From Phoronis australis (taxonomy: Eukaryota > Animalia > Phoronida): a DNA stretch of 64,000 nucleotides. How positions within the stretch are numbered: the stretch's first letter is position 1; every line of letters begins with the position of its first letter. The notes beneath the pieces were generated by a model. The model did no database searches, was not told where the DNA came from, and saw nothing but the letters and a program-made list of their open reading frames with translations. The position numbers were made by a program, and so were the translations under genes. Below, in pieces: positions 52,823-64,000 of this stretch. Where the stretch lies: positions 314,082 to 378,081 of the forward strand of contig NMRA01000231.1 of the NCBI GenBank assembly GCA_002633005.1, in the 5' to 3' direction.

Positions 52823-54122
52823 AGCGGCACTCGCTCTGCAGAAGAACCACTGACGTCGCTGCGTCGTTTCTCCCCTTCCTCAGGTTAACGTCACACCTCT
52901 CGGCGAGAAAAGATTGGCCGTATGACGAGGTGATGTTAATATAGACCGATTACGATGGTAAAAAGACTAATTAAGTCGGGTGACATTCTACTTTAAAAAT
53001 AGTAGTTTTATTGAAACCTTCAGTGCGCCCGACGACTTTCAATTGGACGGAGTTTCAAACTTTTCACAAATGAAGTGTGGCATAAATGTATCGTCAGCGC
53101 TGCGCTTAAATTTACTTTTACCGAGCTATTGTCATCATATGACCTGGTGTTTGCTCTGAAATTCTACTAGGATACTACTCTGAGGGCGACAGATTCTATT
53201 TATTTGCAAAATGTGTTATTTTGAAGGACAATTTTTGATCGCCACTTGGTAAATTTCTGAATTACCGCATTACGATGTTAGTTGTCGGCAATGGAGATAC
53301 CGAGAAAACTCTCTGAGTACAGGCACAACTGCTTCCAGCCCTTCACCCACCCGAAAGTGATAATAATTGAGAATCACTTTTGCTTTAACGTTTTCTTTTT
53401 TAAATAATCAAGTGAATAATGGCCACTCGAACTCGATTTTCAAAAAATCCACAGACCAAAAAACAGGTGAGGTGTTTTCTTGTTTGACCTAATCGATATC
53501 AGAAATTTGAATACATGATGTTTACCCGTTAGGAATTATATAACATAAAAATTCTGTCGAAATAAGATTATTGAGTTCAAGAAAAAAATGGAGCCAAGAA
53601 ATCAAAACCAATTGATGATGGTATTCTGCATTTAAAGTAATAAAGAAGAAAATTCCGGAACAATGTGCAACTACTATATCAGCCAATACCGATCTAAGCA
53701 GAAAGTGAATCGAATCGAAGGAGGATAATGTTGCATGAGGCCGGAGAGCAACATTACCTTTACGAAAGCGGCGTGTACTTGTTTTAGTAAAATATCACAT
53801 TATGCTACTTTCCTCCCATTTTTCGTCTTGTATTAGAACAGAAAGCGTGATTTTGTGTATTTACCATGACTCCCTGTTCAGGCTCAGTGGTTTACTCATC
53901 ATCTGGTTGGTAACTTCACGAACATTGACCTTTGGCCTCTGGACTGTTAGAACAAACTACACGCTGGATGTCCAGCCCCACAGCACCACCTCGCGACGGA
54001 TGTATCGCAAGGGTTTTATCCAATGAGTGTAGAGAGGTATCAGTGAACGTGTAATAGTAAATGAAACTTTGTATTGTATAATCAAGATAAGAGTAATAAT
54101 TCAATACGGAAGCGAGACTTAC

Positions 54123-54821
54123 CCACAATCGCGAGTTCCTTACTCAACTGGGCCAGTTTTTGAGCAAATGATATCATATCGTCGTCATCCAGCTCTTCGT
54201 CATCCAACAACTCTTCCAGATCATCCACATAAGACTTTAGTTTGTCTCCAAGTTTCTTTAGTTGATTCTTTTCCACACTGCCTTCGTGTTCTGAGTACAA
54301 ATCAATGTTGTTGCGATGTTCTTTCAGTCTAGAAACCATGTTGCTTACGTTACTCATATTTTCATCCGGATCCTCTGACATTACCTTTAACAGTCTTGCC
54401 AGCTCTGCAAGACCCTTGGCGCTGGTATTTGCATCTTCACCTTTCGACACCGGACGTGATAACAGCTTCTCTTCAACGACTTTTCTCGTTTGCGCCAACT
54501 CCGCTACTCGTTTACCGTAATCATCCACTTGTTTCGCAAGTTGCAGTAGCTTTTCACCTTCGGAACCACTGCATCGCTTAGCCACTTGTTGCAAATCGAG
54601 ATTGAGTTGATAAATCTGTTTTCCTATGTTTTCCTTCTCTTTTAAATTACCAGGCGTCGTGGCAATTACTTTTAATTCACCCTGTAGTTCACCCAGAAGT
54701 TTTGCCAACGATTCGATCTCATCCGCGTGATCACCGCCTTCAGAGGCCACTTTCTCTAACGCTTTACGTATTCCCGCAAGCTTTTTTGTGATCGCCAGAG
54801 TTTCCTCGGCCTGTTCGTTAT
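54123..54821 (-). CDS. Helical-bundle repeat protein, internal exon (2 repeats)
   Basis: TTTTTAG acceptor, G|GTAAGT donor; 699 bp, phase 1-1; GGDH, SGSEGEKL and related motifs. Confidence 0.88.
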
Positions 54822-55599
54822 CTAAAAAATCACCGTTGCAGATTTATATTTGACCAACACTGTGGCATATTGCTGTGCACACAGGAGTGGAGCCGTTCCG
54901 AAGTAGCACAATTTTACAGCAGTTTTTTTATCTTTATCATTTGACTATGAATACATGTACCTGTCCATTCATGGTCCCCCAGTTGAACAAACGGTTTACC
55001 ACGTTCAGTACAAACCAACACTTTGCATAGTAAAGCGAGCATATTGCTAAGTCGCGTTTGATAAGGAACACAAAATCCAGTGCAGGGGATTCTTTCGAAA
55101 CACGAGACTAACTCAAAGAAACGGTGCAATCAGTTCTTGAAACCCTAAGCTAACAAACGTTCCACTCTCAAGTAGTGCTCTAGGCTCTCAACCTTTTCAG
55201 GTTATGAATAGATATTTCTACATTGACATTACTTGGTGAATACCGACTCCCTTAAACTGTACACTACGAACACAGGGAAGCATCATGTTACTATATGAAA
55301 TATTGTTAATTTTTATATCAATGTTCGTTTTCGACTATTTTACACATGCACTGTATTCAGACAACGCAAACGTATTGAGAATGCATATTTAATTTACGCA
55401 ACATAATCAAACCGATGACAATATGAGACTGAACAAGACACACAGCGCTAACTGTATAAATAAGACAATGGATGCAAAGGCTTGGAGCAGATAAGTCCCT
55501 TAAGAAACAAACACTGCAAGAGCATGACACTAACAACGAGAATCGTTATCAATAACAGCACATTCCCTTTTTGGAAAAGAATACTAGATGAATATTATG

Positions 55600-56010
55600 T
55601 ATACGCAAAAACGTTGATATAGCGATAGATTTTCAGACTGTTATATTTGGCAAAACTGGAAAAGCAAATGAACTGTTGACTCATATCGTTATTTTGGCCA
55701 AAAAGCAATTATACTGCAGAAAGCTGAAAGTAGCACCTCCCTCCTAGCACTTTTCAAAAAAGAATTAGAAATTTACTCCACATTTGAAAAATATAATTAT
55801 TGTAAAAACAGATTAGGAGACTTATTTTTTTCAATGATTATCAGGATTTTTACTCTTTAAAAAGAACTAAAGATGAGAAAAGGACACTTGATGTTTTTGG
55901 TATGTGAAATTGAGTTTTCGGTGAATTGTGGGCGTGTGTGTGTGATATGTCATTGGGGATTTCTATCTTCGTACTGTGTTACTATTATTGCAGTAAATCT
56001 TTAAAAAATT
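55600..56010 (+). mobile_element. 3' end of an L1/Tx1-type LINE
   Basis: VIFG...LLTHIVILAKKQLYCRK...P and LFKKELE...EKY remnants; GT-rich UTR and A-rich end. Confidence 0.5.
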
Positions 56011-56699
56011 GCACATTCATAATTCTATGAACTACTACCTCCGTTGCTGTACTTAAGCGTACCGTAAGAAACCCACAAGAAAACCCCATACCGCAATGTG
56101 CTGTACACCAAAACAGGCCTACAACAAAGAAAAACTGTCAGGGGAACGGGTTTATTTTATTAGGGCCATTCTTTGAAGGCGTAGTTTGAAAGAATGAGTT
56201 TCCTCAGTCCGTAATACACTACTTGTGGTACTCATTAAAACGTGAATAGCCAGTTTCTGGTGGCCGGAAACAAAATACCCACACACCAGTACAAAGCTAA
56301 AAGTTGAACTTCAGTTCCCTTTGATCAGGCTGTGTGCTGTCTCTACAGTAGGGTTACACCTTGTTTTGAAAGAAGTTGTGTGAGTCATCACGTGCTTTCT
56401 ACACATGAGAATGGCAAACAAAGGACTCGCACTTGGAAAACGAAAATTGATTGCGAGATACTACCGGAAACTAAACACATGCAATTAATCTTCACTGGTT
56501 ACAGAGCAGTTTCTTTAAAACCCAATTTTGCGTTCCTTTTTGAATTTACACCCAGATATAATGCCTCGCGATTTCTAGGTTTGTTATTATTTCTTTGTAT
56601 GTTCTGTGTATTCTTCAATAAATATATATCACTTGAAAAAATGCGATTCATGCCAACGGATTTGGTGAATGGATGTTCGATGTACGTAAGCAGGAATGA

Positions 56700-57330
56700 C
56701 CACGACAGAATGACCTCTTGATCCTCTGATCATCAACCTCCCTGTGTGCATTCCCTAAGTCAGAGGCGTCTCCGAAAGGATTCAGGCTATCTACTGTCAG
56801 CACAACATCAAGTCGTTTTACAAACCATTCAACACTATTCTGTCCATCCTCCCATCAGTGAAAGATATGTCACCCTCCTCGACATGTGAGTTGTGATCTA
56901 CGAATACATGTGTGTGACAGCTAAATCGAAGAGACGGGTCGCCAGTTGTCGACCAGGGTTAAGGATTATCGTAATCCCAACCTTAGACCTACATGTAAAT
57001 GTATTACTGCTCTCCAACAGGATGTATATAGATCTGCATGACAGACTTCTGATGACAACTTCAGTTTAGTAAGTCTACACTTAGAGAAATGGAAGAACAG
57101 GGTACGAGAAGTTATTGACATCCAAGTCCACAGACTAAATCCCGACAGAGATTCTGGACTTGATCTACCTGCAGTGTATTCGAATCTGTTGCGGGACTCC
57201 CCTGACATTAGGGAATCCCCGAAAGTGTTCTATTGTTTTACTCTTCAACGGCAGAGGTCGCACCGGATGGTGAACCAAGTCCGTGAAATATGGACGAAAC
57301 GGCTGTACACCACATCAAGGTACTTTTATT
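56700..57330 (+). mobile_element. Penelope-like GIY-YIG 3' fragment with a decayed hammerhead-like motif
   Basis: VIYEY.C; WKNRVREVIDI...RDSGLDLPAVYSNLL; GTCC-loop-GGAC-GAAA at ~57278-57299. Confidence 0.6.
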
Positions 57331-57699
57331 AGGTTCAAAAAGAGATCTTTACTTAATATTCTCAAAAACTTTGTTGGTACTTGACTTAGGAACAAGATTC
57401 GTGGTTTAAACTACCATACCTGGGATAAAAAGGGATAAAGTCTCTAAATCGATTGAACTGCATTACTCATCGATTAACTTGGAAAGATAAATATTCTTTG
57501 TACTTCGTTGAACTTTCTTATTTCCTTGTAGCAGTGCACAAAATTAAATCGTTTGGATGCCAATCTCGTACATATAGAGACGTTATGACTCAAGTACCCG
57601 TTTTAAAAACAAAACATACAGTAGGGTCCGCGCTAAATCTGATTTACGGCATCTAAAATTGAACTCCCAACGTCGTACTGATGGAAGAGAATATTTTTA

Positions 57700-59345
57700 G
57701 GACACCTGTGCATCCTCTGACCGGCTACCAGTGGAACACAAGTGATTTTGAAACAACCTCAAACATAGTGTGCGTACAAAAATTAGATTTGTCCGGGCAA
57801 AGTCGGACCAACAGTCTTTGGCTACGGTATATGAAGATGGTTGACATCATTTGACTTGTTTTAAAAGCAGAAATAACGTCACTTAAAACCAGTTTTTAAA
57901 ATGCTGCCTGCAGCTGGTGGTCACAGTTGATATGCAAAATCTACACATACACATACTTGCAGCAGATGCATCAACTCAGACACCCATCCAGACGTCTACA
58001 GCACCTTTGCTAACGACCACCATGCCATAAGACGAAGTCGCAAATACTGGGCAGGCTTGTCATTTGACCTTGTAATTGAACAAACGCTCATGAAAAAAGT
58101 TATGAGTAGGTTTAACTAGAGGTTGAAGAATGAGAGATACGCAGCGTGCACAGTGGCTGTTTTCCTTTCCGCAATGAAGAGTGAGACAACTTGAGTTGTG
58201 AAACAAGTGAGCAGCATAAAGGATGTACCCAGGCAAGACATCCTCAGCCTTGCTAAATTCCTCCACTACAGCAACCCATTTGAAAGGGAAACATTACAGA
58301 ACATCATCACTGGTGATACGGCAGGCACACACTCCACAATGCCGAGAATGCCAGAGAAGTGGAGAACGCGATTCTCTTGTCTATAGAGGTGTCGAGTGTG
58401 AAAGACTTCACATTCAGAAAGAAAGACAAGGTTATGGCAATAACATCAATTCCATCAATTCATGTTGCCAATAGTGATTTTACACAAGTGGATTCACAAC
58501 TGCTATTTCAGCGATTAAGGACAGCTCCAATAGATAACAGTGAAAGTTCATCAAGCCTTATGAAGTTTGAGCTGTGTGTTGCTTCCCCCGCTCTTTTTAA
58601 TACATTTGGTCTTCCCAGAGGCGCTCATAAATCAATATTAGCTGATGCATTCTGGTCCAGTGGGCGATTACCTGAGGATAACCAAGTTCCAGAAAACACG
58701 ATGATACATGTAATTTATGGCGGTTTTGTTCTTCACCGTATTGCACGGCCTAGAGGTGCAGCGTTTCAGCCAGTTGGTAGAGCTTACGTGGTTCACGACA
58801 GCAAGTACTTCTATCCTACTGTTGTTTTTGATGTTTATGGAGGTAGCCCATCAACTAAAGATGTCTCCCATCTTCAAAGACTGGGTGGATTGGTTGGAAC
58901 TTAAGTTCATTTCAATCGTGACTTGGTGATCATGTCAAAGAAAGGTCACTTTTTGGCAAAGAGCAAACACAAACAAATATTCATTCATTACTTGTTTGCT
59001 AAGAAATGCTGGTTGCACGATGGTACAAGCCCAAGGTGATGCAGATGTTGTAATAGTAGACACGGCAGTAGAGAATGCAGCACAAGGTCCTACTACCCTT
59101 ATTGCAGACGATACAGACTTGTTGGTTCTTTTGTTTCACCATGCAACTTCACATCAATTTCCAATGTTCATGAGATCTGACAGGAGGCACCAAAGCAAGA
59201 GGAGAGCCTGGGACATCAAAAGAAAAAAATACAAATTGTCTCTTGGCGCCGAAACTTGCTTGGTTTTGCTACTTGCGCAAGCGATAGGTGACTTCAGTAC
59301 AATATCACAGCTGTTCGGTATTGGCAACGCTCTCCAATACATAAA
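57700..59345 (+). mobile_element. Degenerate Academ-like (XPG/PIN-nuclease-containing) DNA transposon coding region
   Basis: Frameshifted motifs SRT..LW.RY..MV, IRRS.KYWAGL..DLVIEQTLM, FEL...PALF, VVFD.Y...STKD..H, DADVVIV, DDTDLLVLL and GD..T.S.LFGIG. Confidence 0.72.
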
Positions 59346-60227
59346 CTAATCACAGAGAATTAATTACGATACAATACATTTTTTCAGGAGGAGAATAACC
59401 TTTCAGTTAAAACGAACCTGGTGTTTTTCACCCAAATAAGTTCTTTTTCGTTAACAATCTTGAAAATGGTAGTCGTAATCAATACAGCCAGACAAAAGTT
59501 ATTTAAATGGACGTGTTGACCGAAAAAAATCAGGCTATGAACTATGTGAAAATGGCGTGTTTCTGGAATATGAAGTTCGTACACGAAGCAACTATTTCGT
59601 GGCCATCTTAGAAAAATGGTAGAAGTAATCATTAGATCCAAACGCAATGAGTCTCAATGGATTAGTCGACCCAGGCAACCTACATGTATGGTGCAATGTT
59701 TAAATCAAGACCGTACACTAACTTGTTCGTGCGAAGTTTTGCGACTTGAAGTAGTTATGGCAGCTATCTTGGAAAATGCTGGACGGAATCACCACAGCCA
59801 TGCAAAACTATTTCCATTGGATTGGCATCTCACAAAAGATAGGTAAACTTTTTGAATTTTTATTCTATCACATTCCACTCTCCAGTTATAATGGTTATTT
59901 GCAAATGTGGCTGCCATTTAGTCCGTCATCTTTTTAAAATACCAATTTCAGCCTCTCCGATTCCGCTAGACTTTTTTCTCAAACTAAGGGCAGTGAGAGG
60001 ATATGATTTATGCAAAAAAAATCCATCTTAAGCAATTTTCCGTGTCATTCGTAGAAGGACTGGACTACTGGTGAACGTTTGTAGTGAACGGACGGAGTAT
60101 TGCCCTGTAATGTACACAGTGACTAGAAGAACAACTCGTTGAATGCTATATGCAATAACACGAGTTTCCATCAGGTTAATAGGCAATCACTGTAACTCGC
60201 CTTCAATGTCCAAGTTCAGGTCCTCAC

Positions 60228-60341
60228 CACCCATCTTACGCCTTACAATCATAGCCCCAACAAGTAGCAGCAAGATCCCAACTATCGGGCCAACGATAAT
60301 TCCCGCTGAGGCTACTCCTGGTTGGTCACTTGACAACTCGC
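60228..60341 (-). CDS. Transmembrane exon, probably of the same gene (alternative GC donor at 60201)
   Basis: TTTGTAG acceptor (phase 1); AGIIVGPIVGILLLLVGAMIV followed by RRK stop-transfer; phase-1 donor G|GTGAG compatible with the exon starting at 54821. Confidence 0.7.
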
Positions 60342-60986
60342 CTACAAAGGAATTCGATATACAGTAGGTCAATGATTAACTGTCTACCGGAAATGCGACT
60401 TTCAACGTTGGTCATGATCACGTGGTAAAAGGATCGACATTCTTCATAGATCTACATCTTCAAAAATACATGCAAAGTTGCATTTCACTATCAGGTGGCG
60501 AAAAACAAAAATTGAACTCGGACTTCACTCGCAATGAATCGGTTTTGGGTATTCTTTCTGTGACCAACTTGACTGAAAGGCAATAGGTACATACATCTTT
60601 TTTAATTTGCAATTTAGGATTGACCAACCTCAATAAACCACGAAGTGGTTTTCGAAATGGTTTTTTTATATTCTTGTTTATAACGGGATAGAATTCTGCC
60701 ACCAAGAAATATTACGGGGCGGCTTTTAAGAGCAAGAGACTATTTTTCCCTTTTTGTCCAGCTAAACAGGAAACCTTTATCGTCGAAAATGTATTTCAGC
60801 CAAATAACTCATTTTTTCAAAAATTGAATACTTTCAGAAAGCAACCCGCCTAGTGGCAGACTGCCATCAAATGAGCTAGTGTGTTCCTTCTCAGCATCCT
60901 CGTGATCATGATCTACACTTATCTTTGAATCTTTGGCTAGAGCATGTTTATAAAAATATATTGTGTTTTATATTCTATAAACTTTA

Positions 60987-61172
60987 CCATCATCATCATC
61001 ATCATCATCATCTCCACCACCACCATCATCATCATCATCTCCACCACCACCATCACCACCACCACCACCATCATTATCATCATCATCATCACCACCAACC
61101 ATCACCACCACCATAATCATCATCATCATCATCATCATCGTCATCATCATCACCACCACCACCATCATCATC
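60987..61172 (+). repeat. (CAT/CAC)n trinucleotide microsatellite
   Basis: Read directly; accounts for the spurious poly-His and poly-Asp ORFs. Confidence 0.97.
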
Positions 61173-61409
61173 AATACGTAAAACCAAAACGAATAGAATC
61201 CAGGACACATATGTTCTATGAAAGATTTAAAACAGGCAAAACGGACATCATTTTTACTCTGTATTACCAAAAATTATGGAAATACAACAAAAGCAGAATT
61301 TTCACTTATACAAGAATCAAAAACAGTCCGAAACATTATTTTTACTCTGCAAGACCAAGAAAGGAACTCAAAATCGACTTTCATAGCAGCAGAAAGGAAA
61401 ATCAATGCG

Positions 61410-62452
61410 TAGTTTTGGTTTATCAACGCGTTTATTTAGTTCCCAAGCGATCATCGTTCTGCTATTATTCAACGCGCTATTTCACTCAATCAGCGCTTAG
61501 TTTTTCTTAATCAACGCGTACTTTTAGTTCTGCTCTTATTGAACGCGCCGTTTTGCTTAATTAAAGCTTAGTTTTACTTAATCAACGCGTACTTTAGTCA
61601 TATTCACATCGTCCAATCACGCCTGTGCTCTCAAACTTCAAAGTCCCAGGTATGTTTCAAACTACAGTAATCATATTCATAAACCTATCTCTTATTAGAC
61701 CATCGATTAGGTTATAGACAACAGATTCGCAACTCCGACATTTTCTGTAGAAGTATCAGGAGGCAGCACCCTCTAAATATAGTGAACTCAGCTTCCGGTT
61801 AGTACATATTGACAGGAAATTCTTGCATCTATTTACGCTTTAGTTTAGCAGATGACGTAATTGCTGGAAGTAAAGCGGGTTATGTTTGCCAGGGTCTAGT
61901 TTCAAATCTTTGCACTCGGAACGGACTCGAAATTATTTCTAGCAATTTCTCTGCTCCTTTTGTTCGAACTCAAGATAAGTGGTTATCAGACTGTGCTCCA
62001 GTATATAGTTAATGCATATGAGTTTCCAGTCAAAGTTTGCGCTTGAAGACCAGTATATTCGTGCTTCAAACTCGAGTAAAGACTCAAAATTTGAGTTTCA
62101 ACTCGAACATTTAGCCTTATTGTTGGGTTTATCAACTGCAAACTAGGACTAAAAAACTATCAACGCACGTCACTATGAGCATCTAATAGACACATATCTT
62201 GCGTTCCCACAAAAGTAGAGTTGAAAATGCCATACATACATGTACAGTAATTTCGAGTAAAAAGATTAGAGACCGCGAGCCCACGTGTCGATAGTGAATA
62301 GCAACGTTTCGGCTTATGCGTAAGATCACACATTCTGTCCATGAAAATATACAGAGTTGGCGGTCCATGTATTATACTCTATAATAAGACATAACAAAAA
62401 AGTAAAATTAAGCGTTGATTAAGCAAAAGTACGCGTTGAATAACAACAGAAC
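61410..62452. repeat. Foldback-like region with TCAACGCG subrepeats in inverted orientation
   Basis: Tandem TTAATCAACGCGTACTTT units at 61410-61600, reverse copy at 62400-62452; inner arms 61890-62010 vs 62160-62285. Confidence 0.55.
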
Positions 62453-64000
62453 ATCTATAATATAGAATGCGTCTTTTGCCCAAACTCCGTCTCCCCCGCT
62501 CCAATACAGACCTTCGTTGCGCGCGTTTCAGCACCACCTTGGTCCCAGGTGTTGTACCGCCTCCTATTTGGATTCGAGGTGTTCTATTATTTCTCGCGGA
62601 CGCGGAGGGAGGGTGGACAGTTTCGTACTGGCCTTGGTGACCTCAGTCGGTCTTCTCAACAGGCCTGGGTGACGTCACTCCGTCGGCTTAATTTCATTCC
62701 CTCCGGCTTCTGTCGCGTATATAATTCATCGGGCCTGTCGCCGCCAAAATTAATGATGCCTCAGTAATTTTTTTTACTCTTCCTTGAGGAAACTTAAGAG
62801 TGACTCCATGTAAAAACCAACAGGTAGAGTCTATACCCAAAATCACCGATTTTTTTGAAACTTAGCACATAAGTTTGATTTGTTGAGAAGTAGAAAAACC
62901 TCACTTTTTCAGAATTTTCATTCATTATTATTCTTTTTATGACCTGTACCTCCATTTTGCAACAAAATTGGGCGTCGAAGTAGGCATGTTTGAATGCATT
63001 TTACTAGTATGTATGAAACGGTTAAAACAAATGAATAATACGAATTGAAAGGGCAATGGCTGAATAATGTAATGGCATAACTTTCAAAATCCATTTCTAA
63101 ATTTATACGTTTTGAATTTGTGAGGCAAAAACGGTTATTTTTCAGGTTTTCACTGAAGCCATTTTCGGCCACATTTGACACTCTGTAGCAGCCATAACGC
63201 ACCTTTCCTGAAATTGACTTTATAATAATTTTTTAGGTCATTCCTAACCTGTTTATAATCTAAAATAAAAAATCTTGCCTCTAATGTAGTTTTTGCGTAC
63301 GAAGCATTATACGAACTGCACTTCGTCCTTTTGCATGTTCTCAGTTGCCTCTGCTGCCAATAGGGGGCTCTTGGAACATATAATAAGCTTGCGAAACACG
63401 AAATAAAAACTTTGTATTTTGGAGAAAAGGCAGACAGCATTATTAATTACCATTCTATGAAAACGGCATTGATGATTAATACTTATTACAAAAATGTGTA
63501 CGTAAATCAACTGGCATGCGTGCTTCTAAATGATAGATGGCGCTGCTTTTGTTTACGTGGAGACTGAAGACGCATCTAGAATAAGAGCAGTAACACGAGG
63601 ACCTTGCTATAATTCAAGACTTCGCGAGATGTTGCCGTGTATTTTAAATGAGAACACGTGGTTTTGGATAAATTTTAGAGAGGTTCTAGTGTTACTGAAC
63701 TCACCCCTGCCTTGTTTTCTATCTGCCTTGTTCGTGCCACAGGCAAAGGAAGCCCCCCAAGGTGGATATGCCCCGGCCCCTAGTGTTCAGTGCAAAAAAT
63801 CCTTCAACTTGTCAATAGTCATTGTAACTTTGGGTTCATATTGTAATGTCCCTGCTGGTTGCTACAAATTTTAGTCGCCACCAGTCGACAGAAATCTGGT
63901 GTTCCCCCCACACACACCGGGCACCCTAACGCTGAATATTTCTGCCAGTGTGATCATCAGTGGTATAAAAAGGTACACATTCACAGTTAATAGAAAATAA

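Larger units (their letters stand above)
50988..52992. mobile_element. Internally deleted Kolobok DNA transposon, copy 2, with convergent KolX-like and THAP ORF remnants
   Basis: TTAA flanks; inverted repeats ..AATGCCACCC / GGGTGACATTCTACT; THAP on the minus strand, Cys-rich ORF on the plus strand. Confidence 0.85.

Noticed and set aside
35285-54821. Naming the helical-repeat gene talin, vinculin or a methyl-accepting chemotaxis protein
   Set aside because: No FERM or I/LWEQ domain and no other recognisable signature motifs; the resemblance is only architectural
60925-61510. Poly-His, poly-Asp/Gly and poly-Ile ORFs
   Set aside because: Products of a (CAT/CAC)n microsatellite; no splice or start support

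Overview
Intron-rich animal genomic DNA, probably a lophotrochozoan-type invertebrate (inferred from the repeat content). It has one assembly gap and two N-joined haplotype-overlap duplications. Three spliced minus-strand genes can be rebuilt by hand with phase-consistent splice sites. (1) A 7-exon, 572-aa berberine-bridge-enzyme-like FAD oxidoreductase with a signal peptide and a GPI-like tail (10139-1469). (2) A 3-exon, 131-aa secreted 10-cysteine colipase/prokineticin-fold peptide with two basic cleavage sites (25346-18756). (3) The 3' part of a large unrecognised gene: a transmembrane exon followed by four exons (three phase-1 symmetric, one terminal) encoding about seven ~105-aa helical-bundle repeats, most joined by Lys-rich linkers (60341-35285). 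The rest is largely transposon relics: two Kolobok elements (THAP plus KolX/P2X7-ballast-like ORF), a DIRS/Ngaro element, an Academ-like element, three Penelope-like fragments (two with hammerhead-like motifs), LINE fragments, MITEs, a polymorphic Helentron-like insertion, CTCF-motif-bearing repeats and microsatellites.
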